From a virus: 64,000 nt of DNA. Below the pieces are notes generated by a model. That model did not search any database, had not been told where the DNA came from, and saw only the letters and a program-made list of their open reading frames with translations. Each line of letters opens with the position of its first letter. Positions within the stretch are counted from its first letter, which is position 1. The translations under genes were made by a program, and so were the position numbers. Of this stretch, positions 27,194-37,553 are shown piece by piece. The stretch spans positions 64,001-128,000 of the IMG/VR virus record IMGVR_UViG_3300029787_005452; one strand, given 5' to 3'.

Positions 27194-28611
27194 TGAAATT
27201 TGAATTAGCTAAGGAAAAAATTAGATTAATAACAGATGATTTAGACAATATACGAGAACATTTTAGTGTTAAAGATGAAACAGCTCGTTTTCGAATGAGG
27301 GGGAGGGCAAGATTTTATTCTAATCCTCGTATATACGGTATCACACCGACAGGTCTGTTTGAACCAGGTCTTTTTTTTGATATTTTAAGTCATATAAAAC
27401 TAGAATATCCAAATACAGATTATCAAATAGATCAAGATATTTTACCTATAGTCAAACCGACATATAATGAAGAAAGAGCATATGATAATCTAAAATTTCC
27501 ATTAAGAGATTATCAATTAGATTCAGTAAAAGAAGCATTAAAATTTGGAAGAGGTATTATAAAACTAGGTACAGGTGGAGGTAAAACTTTAACGATTGCA
27601 TCATTGTTAATGAGTTTATATTCTAATAACCCTAAAATTAAAATTTTAATATTGGTACCTGACCTAGGACTAGTTAATCAAACTTATAATGATTTTATAG
27701 AATATAATGTATTATTTAAATTTACAAGGTGGACAGGAAAAATAAAACCTGATTTAACTGCTAACTGTATTATAGCTAATAGAGGTATATTACAGAGTCA
27801 GTTTGATAATAATGATTGGATTCAATATATCGACGTTTTAGTGGTTGACGAATGCCATACGATTAAAAAATCTAATAAAGTAAGTAAGATGGTTAATAAA
27901 ATCCATACTTTTAATAAATTTGGATTAACTGGTACTTTACCAGATGATAAACCAGAGCAATGGAATGTTATTGGTAAATTAGGTAAAGTCATATATGATA
28001 AGGATAGCTATCAACTTAGGTTAGAGAGCTATTTAACTAACGTAGACATTAAGGTTATTAACATAGGATATAAAGATAAACCTCTTGTAGTAAGTGGTAG
28101 TAACAACTTTAAAACTGAATTAGATTTTATATATACAAATAATTTTAGAAATAATGTTATTAAGAATATATGTTCAAATTTTAACAATAATTCTCTTATA
28201 TTGGTTAACCATTTAGCTCATGGAGATGCATTATTTGATGACTTATCTCAAATTGAAAATAAAAAAGTTTATTTTGTTAAAGGAGAAGTAGAGGTGGAAG
28301 AAAGAGATAAAATTAAAAAGATAATGGAAACTAATAATGACGTTATCTGTATTGCAATGAGTTCTATTTTTAGTACTGGTATTAATATTAAAAATATACA
28401 TATGATTATGTTTGCCTCTGGTGGTAAAAGTTTTATAAGAACAATACAATCGATTGGTAGGGGTTTGCGACTGCATGAAAGCAAAAATAAACTAATTATT
28501 ATAGATCTTGCTGATAAGTTAAAATACGGTACACGTCATTCTGATAAAAGGAAAGAAATTTATAAATCAGAAAAAATAAATTTTACGTCAACTGATATAG
28601 TTGAAAAATAA
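27193..28611 (+). CDS. uvsW: UvsW SF2 DNA helicase
   Basis: LRDYQ, GTGGGKT, VDECH, GLTGT, FSTGINIKN, QSIGRGLR. Confidence 0.95.
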   Translation: MKFELAKEKIRLITDDLDNIREHFSVKDETARFRMRGRARFYSNPRIYGITPTGLFEPGLFFDILSHIKLEYPNTDYQIDQDILPIVKPTYNEERAYDNLKFPLRDYQLDSVKEALKFGRGIIKLGTGGGKTLTIASLLMSLYSNNPKIKILILVPDLGLVNQTYNDFIEYNVLFKFTRWTGKIKPDLTANCIIANRGILQSQFDNNDWIQYIDVLVVDECHTIKKSNKVSKMVNKIHTFNKFGLTGTLPDDKPEQWNVIGKLGKVIYDKDSYQLRLESYLTNVDIKVINIGYKDKPLVVSGSNNFKTELDFIYTNNFRNNVIKNICSNFNNNSLILVNHLAHGDALFDDLSQIENKKVYFVKGEVEVEERDKIKKIMETNNDVICIAMSSIFSTGINIKNIHMIMFASGGKSFIRTIQSIGRGLRLHESKNKLIIIDLADKLKYGTRHSDKRKEIYKSEKINFTSTDIVEK

Positions 28612-28628
28612 GTTTTATATATTATAAT
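28601..28628 (+). promoter_or_regulatory. Early promoter TTGAAA-N16-TATAAT-N6-ATG of gp55
   Basis: Read directly. Confidence 0.7.
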
Positions 28629-28634
28629 TAGTTT

Positions 28635-29108
28635 ATGGCTAATACTAAAAAAACTACTGGTAAGCGTAGAGGACCTAAACCTAAAAAGACAGAATACTAT
28701 GTAGATCCACGAGAATTAAAAAAAGAATTAATAGCATATTATAAAAGCGAAGATTGTACACCTGCATTAGGAGATATGATTCATAAAATTGCACACGGTT
28801 TAAGTTATTCATCTAATTTTATTAACTATACCTATCGCGACGAAATGGTAGGAGATGCTTTAGTTAAGATGTACACAGCAGTTACTAATAAAAAGTTTAA
28901 TGTAGATTCAGAATACAACCCTTTTTCGTATTTTACCACGATTGCCTTTCATGCCTTTATTAATAGAATTAAAAAAGAGAAAAAACATGCTGAAACCTTA
29001 AGTCAGTATAAAGAAAAAATATATGAGCAAGAAATGTTAGATTCGATGGACGGTAGAGTTTACGTTAAACCGATGAGTGATGATGTAGATACAGAGCCGA
29101 ATGAATAA
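28635..29108 (+). CDS. gp55: Late-transcription sigma factor gp55
   Basis: YVD, FINYTYRDEMVGDA, NPFSYFTTIAFHAFINRIKKEKK. Confidence 0.95.
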   Translation: MANTKKTTGKRRGPKPKKTEYYVDPRELKKELIAYYKSEDCTPALGDMIHKIAHGLSYSSNFINYTYRDEMVGDALVKMYTAVTNKKFNVDSEYNPFSYFTTIAFHAFINRIKKEKKHAETLSQYKEKIYEQEMLDSMDGRVYVKPMSDDVDTEPNE

Positions 29109-30141
29109 AATAGCTATATTTTCTGATATACATTTAGGTGTGCACCAGAATAATGATTTCTGGCTTGGTATAGCTAATAAGTGGGCTGATTGGTATATAA
29201 AAGAACTTAATGAAAAAAATATTACTGATATTATTTTTTGCGGAGACTTCTTTCATTATAGGGATGAAATTTCAGTAAAGACTTTAAATTTTGCTAAAGA
29301 TATTCTAGATAAATTTAAAGATTTTAAAATTACTATGATAACTGGTAACCACGACGCATGGTATAAAGACACATCAGAGATTAATAGTTTAAGTATCCTT
29401 AAAGGTTATAAAAATTTAACAGTATATGATAAACTTGCTACTGTAGATTATAAAGGTAAATTAATATCATTTTGCCCATGGGGTACAAAAATAGATGATA
29501 TACCGGATAGCGATTTAATATTTGGTCATTTTGAATTAGAAAATTTTAAAATGAATATGTTTAAAATATGTGACCATGGTGATGATCCAGATGTATTAGT
29601 TGAAAAATCTAAATTAATCTTTACCGGACACTTCCATGCAAGAGATGAAAAACATTATAAGAAGCAAGATAGTTCTATCATCTATGTTGGCAATCCATAC
29701 GAAATGGACTTTGGTGATACAATGCAAACGAAAGGGTATTATATTCTAGATCTAGATAATATGTCTTATGAATTTTTTGAAAATAATATTACCCCTAAAC
29801 ATATTAAAATAATTTTATCTAAACTAATCAATTTAACTGATGTTGAAAATGTCTTTAAAGGTTCGTTACCAGGCAATATTATTAAATTGATTATTGATAA
29901 AAATATTAGCACGGACCATTTAGATGCTTTAGTTACCAAATTGACTACGTATAAGCCAGTAGAATTAAGAATTGATTATGATGTAAATTATAATAAACTT
30001 AAGATAGAAAACGATGAAGATTATGATTTATCAGGAGTTGATATTAAACATGCGATAGAAGAGTTTGTTAATATGTTAGATATAGAAAATAAAAAAGATG
30101 TAGTAAATTATTCTACATCTTTATATGAAAGAGTTAAATGA
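29101..30141 (+). CDS. gp47: Recombination endonuclease subunit (Mre11/SbcD-like)
   Basis: SDIHLG, GDFFH, GNHD, GHFEL, TGHFH. Confidence 0.95.
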   Translation: MNKIAIFSDIHLGVHQNNDFWLGIANKWADWYIKELNEKNITDIIFCGDFFHYRDEISVKTLNFAKDILDKFKDFKITMITGNHDAWYKDTSEINSLSILKGYKNLTVYDKLATVDYKGKLISFCPWGTKIDDIPDSDLIFGHFELENFKMNMFKICDHGDDPDVLVEKSKLIFTGHFHARDEKHYKKQDSSIIYVGNPYEMDFGDTMQTKGYYILDLDNMSYEFFENNITPKHIKIILSKLINLTDVENVFKGSLPGNIIKLIIDKNISTDHLDALVTKLTTYKPVELRIDYDVNYNKLKIENDEDYDLSGVDIKHAIEEFVNMLDIENKKDVVNYSTSLYERVK

Positions 30142-31943
30142 AATACGTATGCTTTAAAGAGTTAAAGATAAAAAACTTCCTGTCTATTGGTGAGGAGTTT
30201 GTAACTGTAAATTTTGAAAAAGGTTTGCATATTGTAACAGGTATCAATAGAGATAAAGAAGATAGGAGAAACGGTGTCGGTAAAAGTACGATAGCTGATG
30301 GTTTATATTTTGCTATATTTGGTCAAACTTTAAGAGATATTAAGAAGAACTTTATAGCTAATAATTTAACTTCAGGCACATGCGAGGTGCAATTATCATT
30401 TACTGTTGATGACCCTAAGCATGGTGTAAATGAATTTGATATTATACGAACTTTAAATCCGAGTAAAGTTTATGTATATAAAAATGGTAATGATAAAACT
30501 CGAGATAGTATATCTAATACTAATGAATATATTAATACAGTTTTATCATCAACACCTGAAATATTTCAAAACTGTGTTATAATGACCCTTAATAATCATG
30601 TACCTTTTATGGGTAAGAGTAAAACAGAAAAACGTAAGTTTATAGAGCAAATATTTAACTTAGAAATTTTTAGTAAAATGTTAGGAGAGCTACGGAATGA
30701 ACATAATGAAATAAAACGTAATTTTGACATTGAAATAACTAGATTAGAAGAGACTAATAATCATTTAAATACCCAACAGCAGCAAGTTGATAATTTTGAA
30801 GAAAATAAAAATCAAAGAATTAATAGAATTAAAGATCAGATAAGTGCAAAAAATACAGACTTAAAAAATTATAAAGAAGAAAAAGATACAGTAGAATCGT
30901 TAGATGAAACCCCTTATGTTGATAAATCTGATAAACTAAACGATGAAATAGTAGATTTAAAAAATATTAAAAATGAAAAGTATGAAAAAATTGTACAATT
31001 AAAAACTAATTTAACTACTAATAAAAGTACATTAACAAAAATTGGTACGGATGAAGCTACATGTCCTATGTGTTTAAGACCTTTAGAAGACCATGATAAA
31101 GATTTAATTGAAGAAGAAAAAGGAAAAATTAATATTATATTAGACAATATTTTAAATGATATAAAATATAACAAAGAAGATTATGAAAATACAGTTAGAG
31201 AAATTAATAGTTATTCTGCGGCTAAAACAAAAATAGATAATAAACTTTTAAGTATAAAAACTCAGAAGGATAATATTTCTTATCTTGAACGCAATATATC
31301 TGATATTGAAAATATTATTAAACAATATCAAACTGATATTGATAGTATTAAAAATGAAACTAATTCCTTCGATGATCTAATAAGTAATACAACTGATAAG
31401 ATTAATAGTATTAAGCAAGAGATAGATTCTCTTAAAAAGGTTATAAATCTTATGGACGTGGTCAAGTTCGTAGTAAGTGAAGAAGGGGTAAAAAGTTTTA
31501 TTGTTAAAAAAATATTATCTCATTTTAACGGTAAGTTAACTCATTTCTTAAAAAAATTAGATAGTAATTGCGTATGCGTTTTTAATGAATATTTTGAAGA
31601 AGAAATTATAAATGAAAAAGGTAAGATTTGTTTATATAATAACTTCTCTGGAGCTGAAAGAAAGGCTATTGATTTAGCTTGTTTATTCTCATTTATGGAT
31701 ATGAGAAAGTCGCAGGGTGATGTATATTATAATATTAGTTTTTACGATGAATTATTTGATAGTAGCCTGGATGAAAAGGGGGTTGATTTAGTTCTAGAAA
31801 TATTAAATGAAAGAGTAGAAAAATATAACGAATGTGTTATGGTTATAAGTCACCGTAAAGAGAGTATAAAATCAGCTAACGGAGACGTTATATTTTTAGA
31901 AAAACACAATGGCATCACTAGAAGAGTAAATTTTATTGATTAA
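30138..31943 (+). CDS. gp46: Recombination endonuclease subunit (Rad50/SbcC-like)
   Basis: KNFLSIG, NGVGKST, CPMC hook, FSGAE, DELFDSSLD. Confidence 0.95.
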   Translation: MKYVCFKELKIKNFLSIGEEFVTVNFEKGLHIVTGINRDKEDRRNGVGKSTIADGLYFAIFGQTLRDIKKNFIANNLTSGTCEVQLSFTVDDPKHGVNEFDIIRTLNPSKVYVYKNGNDKTRDSISNTNEYINTVLSSTPEIFQNCVIMTLNNHVPFMGKSKTEKRKFIEQIFNLEIFSKMLGELRNEHNEIKRNFDIEITRLEETNNHLNTQQQQVDNFEENKNQRINRIKDQISAKNTDLKNYKEEKDTVESLDETPYVDKSDKLNDEIVDLKNIKNEKYEKIVQLKTNLTTNKSTLTKIGTDEATCPMCLRPLEDHDKDLIEEEKGKINIILDNILNDIKYNKEDYENTVREINSYSAAKTKIDNKLLSIKTQKDNISYLERNISDIENIIKQYQTDIDSIKNETNSFDDLISNTTDKINSIKQEIDSLKKVINLMDVVKFVVSEEGVKSFIVKKILSHFNGKLTHFLKKLDSNCVCVFNEYFEEEIINEKGKICLYNNFSGAERKAIDLACLFSFMDMRKSQGDVYYNISFYDELFDSSLDEKGVDLVLEILNERVEKYNECVMVISHRKESIKSANGDVIFLEKHNGITRRVNFID

Positions 31944-31951
31944 TTAATATT

Positions 31952-33160
31952 ATGCTAATACAAGGTAACAGACCATTCCAACAAGGTAACCCGTTTCAAC
32001 CGATGCAAAATCAACCGATACAGTTTCAGCAGCCGGCACCACCTCCGCAACCAAAAGAAAATGAATTACCGCGATTTTTAAATTATTATGCAGATTATTC
32101 TGGTTGCGGTCATTGGAGAATGATATGGCCTGAACAGATTATGAACGCTCATAGTAAAGCTTGTGTACACGGGACAACAGTGATGAATTTAGATGAGCGA
32201 TATTATGTTCAAACGAAAGGTGTTCGTATTCAAAGACAAGCTACTCCTCAGCAATTACAATTTGTAAAGTGGTTAAGACAATTAGCAGATAAAAATAATT
32301 TTAGATTAATTTATGAAATTGATGATATATGTTTTTCTGAAGATATACCAGACTATAACAAATATAAAACGGCATTTACCGACCCTACTATTAGACAATC
32401 AGCTCAAGAAATGATGTCTATATGCGATGAAATTACTGTTACATGCCCGTTTATGAGAGATTATTATAGAGATAAAACTGGTAATAAAAATGTTACAGTT
32501 GTACCAAATTTTATGCCAAAGTTTTGGATTGACAGATTCTATGATAATTCTAGATCAATGGAAAGCTATGATCGTAATAAAAGAAAACCGAGAATTTTAT
32601 ATGCAGGCTCCGGAGCTCATTTTGATGTTGAACAAAGAGTTAAATTTAAAGATGATTTCCACCATGTTAATGATGTTATAAGAAAAACAGTTGATAAGTT
32701 TCAATGGGTGTTTTTAGGGGCTCACCCTTTACCGTTGATAGATTTAGTTCGGTCTGGTAAAGTAGAATTCCATCCATGGAAAAAACTATATGAATACGGT
32801 AAAGGTTTATATGATTTAAATGTTAATATGTTAGTTGCGCCTTTACAAGATAATATTTTTAACCGTTCGAAATCAGATTTAAAATATATAGAATCTTGTG
32901 CATTAGGATTACCCATTGCTTGTCAAGATATGTGTACATATGAAAACGCTCCTATAAAATTTAAAACCGGAGATGAAATGATTAATCAAATAGAGCACAC
33001 TCTGCAAGATAGAAAACGTTATAAAGCTCTTTGCAGAAAAGGTCGTCAATATGCCGATACAAGGTGGTTGGAAGATGATAAAAATATTGATTGTTATTTA
33101 GAATTATATCAATATGGAGTTAATGACTCAAAAAGGGTTAATTTATCTAGATATAATTAG
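31952..33160 (+). CDS. GT-B glycosyltransferase
   Basis: GCGHWRMIWP, YEIDD, LVAPLQDNIFNRSKSDLKYIE. Confidence 0.85.
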   Translation: MLIQGNRPFQQGNPFQPMQNQPIQFQQPAPPPQPKENELPRFLNYYADYSGCGHWRMIWPEQIMNAHSKACVHGTTVMNLDERYYVQTKGVRIQRQATPQQLQFVKWLRQLADKNNFRLIYEIDDICFSEDIPDYNKYKTAFTDPTIRQSAQEMMSICDEITVTCPFMRDYYRDKTGNKNVTVVPNFMPKFWIDRFYDNSRSMESYDRNKRKPRILYAGSGAHFDVEQRVKFKDDFHHVNDVIRKTVDKFQWVFLGAHPLPLIDLVRSGKVEFHPWKKLYEYGKGLYDLNVNMLVAPLQDNIFNRSKSDLKYIESCALGLPIACQDMCTYENAPIKFKTGDEMINQIEHTLQDRKRYKALCRKGRQYADTRWLEDDKNIDCYLELYQYGVNDSKRVNLSRYN

Positions 33161-33175
33161 GAACTGTTATATAAT
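33148..33175 (+). promoter_or_regulatory. Early promoter TAGATA-N16-TATAAT-N6-GTG of gp43
   Basis: Read directly. Confidence 0.55.
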
Positions 33176-33181
33176 TAATGG

Positions 33182-35737
33182 GTGAGTTACCGTAATATAT
33201 ATTATGATCCCCGTGAAAGATGTATTAATTTATTTACCTGGGATACTGATGGTAAAAGAATTAAAGTAACTACATCTTATGATCCATATCTTTACGTTGA
33301 AGGTAAAGGTGAATATGAATCTATATTCGGTACTAAGTTAGTTAAAAAGAGTTTTAGAACTCAGTACGATAGATACAAGTATATTAAGGATACAGGAATT
33401 AAAAGGGTGTTTGAAAATCAACCTGCAGTCCAGCAATACTTGATTGATACATTTTGGAAGGTTAATGAAATGTCTGACTTTAGTAAGAATCCTATTAAAG
33501 TAATGTTTTTAGATATTGAGACTTATTCACCAGATGAATTTCCTAATCCTCAAGACCCGACCCATACTTGTAATGTTATAACTTGTTTTGATTCCCTAAA
33601 TCGTCATTATCATACGTTTGGTTTAGGTGAGTTTATTAATAAAGATACTGATGTAACTTATGTTAAATGCTCTTCTGAAAGGGAGTTATTTATGAAATTT
33701 GTTGAGTATGTTGAAAAGGATTACCCTGATATTATGTCAGGTTGGAATAGTGAGTTTTTTGATTTACCGTATATATTAAATAGATGTACTCGTATACTTG
33801 GAGAAGAATGGACTAATAGAATATCACCATCTGGTAATGTTTATAGTAGAACTATACGTGGTCAGTTTGGTCAAGAGCAAACAAGATGGTATGTTGAAGG
33901 TATTTCATTGATTGACTATTTAGACGTATATAAACGTTTCTCAGTAGGTATTAAAGAAAGTTATAAACTTGATGCAATTGGTGAGGCTGAGTTAGGTGAA
34001 AAGAAAGTAGATTTCGGTAATATGAATCTTGCAACTCTGGCTGATACTGATTGGCAAACGTTTGTTGAATATAATATTCAAGACGTTAGACTGCTAACTA
34101 ACTTAGAAGATAAACTAAAGTATACAGAACTAATCAAGATGTTAGCTTATGTAGGTTTAACTACCTTTGAAGCTGCTATGGGTTCTTTGTCAGTAATTAA
34201 TGGTGCAACTGCAGTTATATCAAGAAAGCGTGGTCAGTGTGTACCATCATTTATTAGGAATGAAGATACAGGTAAAAACCCCGGTGCTTTTGTTGGTGAA
34301 CCTTTAAAAGGTTTTCAAGAAAATATTATATCGTTTGATGCTAACTCTCTATATCCTAATGTTATGATATCTCTTAATATGTCTCCGGAGACTAAAGTGG
34401 GTAAGATTGAAGATAAGAATAATAATGAAATAGTTATACGACATGCCAATGGTCAGGTCTTTACTTTAACACATGAAAAGTTTTTAAAGTTCTGTAAAAA
34501 GGAAGAAATAGCTATTAGTAAAGCAAACGTATTATTTACTCAAAGGTTTAAAGGGGTAATGCCTGAAATTTTAGACTACTATTATGATAAGAGAGTTGCA
34601 GTTAAAACTAAACTCGGTAAACTAAAAAGACAATATAGTAAAAATAAAAATAAAGAACTTAAATTTGAGATAGAACAATTAGATGCAAAGCAGTTATGTA
34701 TTAAAGTTTTGATTAATTCTATTTACGGTTACTTTGGTAACAAGCATGCACCTTTTGGTGATGATGATATTGCAGCTTCAATTACATTGACCGGTCAAGC
34801 AGTTATTAAACAATCAAATGAATTACTAAAAAGGTACATAAAGGAAAAAGCTAATATTGAAGATGAAAAAACTCTTAATGATTGTATCATTTATAACGAT
34901 ACTGATAGTAGTTATATTTCAGTTAAACCTCTCGTTAAAGCAGGTTTAACTTTTACTGATGAAAATGGTAAATTAACTCAAGCATTTCATGATGAAGTAC
35001 AGAATATTGAAGATTTCTTAAATGATGAAATTAAAGTATGGGGTGGTAAAAACTTAAATTCTAAAGACTGTAGATTTATCTTTAAACGTGAGGTTATAGC
35101 TGATACCGGTATATTCTTACAGAAAAAACGTTACGTGATGCATATATTAGATGATGAAGGTATACCAATGGATAAGTATAAGTATACTGGGGTTGAGGTT
35201 GTTAGAAGTACAATGCCTGATGCTATTAAACCTCATGTAAAAGGTATAATTGAGACGATGCTATCAACTCAAAATATAGCTAAAACTAATGCTGTACTTG
35301 ATAAAACGTATAAAATATTTAAAGACTTACCAGTTGAAGATATTACGTTTGTATCAGGGTTAAAAGGTTATGAAAAATATGCAGGTCAATGTGATGGTTG
35401 GAAGACTGCAAAGGGTATGCCTATCCATGTTAAAGCTGCTTACTACCATAATTTGTTACTTGAAAAGTTTGATATAGAAAAAAAATATGAAACTATTAGT
35501 TCAGGTGATAAGGTTAGATACTTTTATTTACAACAACCAAACCCGTATAATTTACCAAGTTTAGCATACAAGTATTATTACCCAGAAGAGTTTAAAAAGA
35601 TATTTCACGTTGATTATGATAAAATGTTTGAAAAAAATTTATATGCAGTTATAGAAAGATTTTATGAAAACGTTAAATGGTCTATTCAAAAGCCAGGTAA
35701 TGCAGTTCAAACTAATTTATTTGATTTATTAAGTTGA
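33182..35737 (+). CDS. gp43: Family B DNA polymerase
   Basis: DIET, SFDANSLYP, KVLINSIYG, YNDTDS, KKRY; GTG start. Confidence 0.97.
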   Translation: MSYRNIYYDPRERCINLFTWDTDGKRIKVTTSYDPYLYVEGKGEYESIFGTKLVKKSFRTQYDRYKYIKDTGIKRVFENQPAVQQYLIDTFWKVNEMSDFSKNPIKVMFLDIETYSPDEFPNPQDPTHTCNVITCFDSLNRHYHTFGLGEFINKDTDVTYVKCSSERELFMKFVEYVEKDYPDIMSGWNSEFFDLPYILNRCTRILGEEWTNRISPSGNVYSRTIRGQFGQEQTRWYVEGISLIDYLDVYKRFSVGIKESYKLDAIGEAELGEKKVDFGNMNLATLADTDWQTFVEYNIQDVRLLTNLEDKLKYTELIKMLAYVGLTTFEAAMGSLSVINGATAVISRKRGQCVPSFIRNEDTGKNPGAFVGEPLKGFQENIISFDANSLYPNVMISLNMSPETKVGKIEDKNNNEIVIRHANGQVFTLTHEKFLKFCKKEEIAISKANVLFTQRFKGVMPEILDYYYDKRVAVKTKLGKLKRQYSKNKNKELKFEIEQLDAKQLCIKVLINSIYGYFGNKHAPFGDDDIAASITLTGQAVIKQSNELLKRYIKEKANIEDEKTLNDCIIYNDTDSSYISVKPLVKAGLTFTDENGKLTQAFHDEVQNIEDFLNDEIKVWGGKNLNSKDCRFIFKREVIADTGIFLQKKRYVMHILDDEGIPMDKYKYTGVEVVRSTMPDAIKPHVKGIIETMLSTQNIAKTNAVLDKTYKIFKDLPVEDITFVSGLKGYEKYAGQCDGWKTAKGMPIHVKAAYYHNLLLEKFDIEKKYETISSGDKVRYFYLQQPNPYNLPSLAYKYYYPEEFKKIFHVDYDKMFEKNLYAVIERFYENVKWSIQKPGNAVQTNLFDLLS

Positions 35738-35761
35738 TTTATATAAAATAGATAATAAAAT
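35734..35761 (+). promoter_or_regulatory. Early promoter TTGATT-N16-TAAAAT-N6-ATG
   Basis: Read directly. Confidence 0.55.
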
Positions 35762-35767
35762 ATTGGT

Positions 35768-36145
35768 ATGGCAGAAAAAAATTATATTACATTTATTGAT
35801 AACGCTGGTCGAGCTATTTTTGGCGAGGTAGATACTGAAACTGATGTTTCATTGAAGGTTAAAAACCCTGTTATGATTACAGTTCAACAGCAACAAAACG
35901 GTCAAATGGCAGTACAGCTATTTCCATTATTTTTCCAAGAATTTGTAGTACCAGGTGAAGGAGACGTTAGAAATAATTTCTTCACATATCCAAAGAGTGG
36001 TATTGCAGTGGGTTCAGATTTTGAAATCGAACCAAGAATCGTTGAGCAATATCAACGTATTGTAACACCACAATTGGTAGCAGCAGATACTCCTAATAAC
36101 GAAGGTGGGGAACCGGAAGTCATTAAGCTTTTTGATGACGAATAA
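35768..36145 (+). CDS. Hypothetical protein, possibly Sm-like fold
   Basis: beta-rich GRAIFGEV...LKVKNPV...LFP pattern. Confidence 0.6.
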   Translation: MAEKNYITFIDNAGRAIFGEVDTETDVSLKVKNPVMITVQQQQNGQMAVQLFPLFFQEFVVPGEGDVRNNFFTYPKSGIAVGSDFEIEPRIVEQYQRIVTPQLVAADTPNNEGGEPEVIKLFDDE

Positions 36146-36169
36146 AAGAAATAAAATGTAATTATTATT

Positions 36170-36198
36170 AGCCTCTCATATTAAAAGTATGAGAGGCT
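36170..36198. terminator. Perfect 11-bp hairpin (AGCCTCTCATA-7nt-TATGAGAGGCT), putative terminator or processing site
   Basis: Inverted repeat in intergenic gap; weak U-tract. Confidence 0.55.
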
Positions 36199-36206
36199 TA
36201 CTATGT

Positions 36207-36431
36207 ATGACTCCTCAAGAAATATTTGATTATAAATTAGGATGGAAATCTTATGGTTTTTCCATCCCATTTCATTCTGATTGGGAAATGGAATATACGG
36301 ATTTTTGTAAAGAAAATTTTAATAAATGGCAATGGGATATATACAGATGGACAAATGTTTATGAGCATACAATGTTGTTTGAAAAAATAAAAGATGCTGA
36401 TAAGTTTAAGGAATTCATTGATAAACGTTAA
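36207..36431 (+). CDS. Hypothetical protein
   Basis: Start moved to ATG 36207 because track start 36189 lies inside the hairpin. Confidence 0.6.
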   Translation: MTPQEIFDYKLGWKSYGFSIPFHSDWEMEYTDFCKENFNKWQWDIYRWTNVYEHTMLFEKIKDADKFKEFIDKR

Positions 36432-36445
36432 ACATATACTATAAT
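36418..36445 (+). promoter_or_regulatory. Early promoter TTGATA-N16-TATAAT-N7-ATG (uvsX-queC)
   Basis: Read directly. Confidence 0.65.
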
Positions 36446-36452
36446 AGTATAT

Positions 36453-37553
36453 ATGAGTAAAGAAATTGATGATATTTTATCTGTAATTGATAAATCTAAT
36501 CCTTATGCATCTTTCTTAAACGAAAGTGCTATTAGTAATGTAGATGGTTGGTTAGATACTGGATCGATGGTACTAAATGGTATCGTATCAGGTTCATTAT
36601 TTGGTGGTATACCTAAAAATAGAATGACCTTATTAGCTGGTCCAAGTATGACGGGTAAGAGTTTTATATTACAGAAAATATTAGCTAATGCTCAAAAGGA
36701 AGGTTTAATACCAGTTATATTTGATAGTGAAAATGCTATTGATAGAGATGGTGCTGCTGCTTTGGGGTTAGATGTTAGTAAAGTAAAATATGTACCTGTA
36801 TTTAGTATTGAAGAATGTCGTAATACTATTTTTGACTTCTTAACTAAAGTGAAAGAAAATGGTCAAGAAGGTAAATTTATTATAGCTATTGATTCATTAG
36901 GTAATATGGAAAGTCAATTACAAATTAATCGCCAGACTAAGGGTAATGTAAGTGCTGATATGGGTAGTAGAGCTAAAGCTATGAAATCTTTATTACGTAC
37001 CTTAACCCAGTTATCAGGGTTAACCAAAACTACTATTTTAGCCACTAATCATATATATGAAGATCCAGCTGCATTATTTCCTTCTTTAGTTAAAGCAATG
37101 CCTGGTGGTACCGCTACCGTTTACCTACCTTCAGTAACTATTCAGTTGGCTCGTAAACCTGTTAAAGAAGATAAAAATACCGATGGTAAGTTAGCCGTAG
37201 GTCAGAAAAATTATTCAGGAGTTATTCTGAGAGCGTTAACTGTAAAGAATAGATTTGTTAAGCAATACTTGCAAGGTGAAATGTATCTATCATTCGATAA
37301 AGGTCTAAACAAGTATTATGGTTTATTAGATCTTGCAGTAGGTTTAGGTGCAGTTATACAAACAGGATCTACTTATACGTTACCAGATGGTAAAAAACTT
37401 GGATATTATAGTAAGTGGAAAGATGATACGGAACTTTGGGATAATACTATTATACCGGTAGTTGAAGAAAAAATTAAGCAAGAATGGAAATATAGTAATA
37501 AGTCATATGAAGAAGAAATTATACCAGACGAAGTAAATGATGAAGAAGACTAA
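36453..37553 (+). CDS. uvsX: RecA-like recombinase UvsX
   Basis: LDTGS, AGPSMTGKS, FDSE, IDSLGN, NHIY, VKNRF. Confidence 0.93.
   Translation: MSKEIDDILSVIDKSNPYASFLNESAISNVDGWLDTGSMVLNGIVSGSLFGGIPKNRMTLLAGPSMTGKSFILQKILANAQKEGLIPVIFDSENAIDRDGAAALGLDVSKVKYVPVFSIEECRNTIFDFLTKVKENGQEGKFIIAIDSLGNMESQLQINRQTKGNVSADMGSRAKAMKSLLRTLTQLSGLTKTTILATNHIYEDPAALFPSLVKAMPGGTATVYLPSVTIQLARKPVKEDKNTDGKLAVGQKNYSGVILRALTVKNRFVKQYLQGEMYLSFDKGLNKYYGLLDLAVGLGAVIQTGSTYTLPDGKKLGYYSKWKDDTELWDNTIIPVVEEKIKQEWKYSNKSYEEEIIPDEVNDEED

Noticed and set aside
33182-35737. Polymerase motif variants DANSLYP and YNDTDS as proof of modified-nucleotide use
   Set aside because: Catalytic Asp residues are intact and such variants occur in ordinary PolB enzymes; not diagnostic without an alignment
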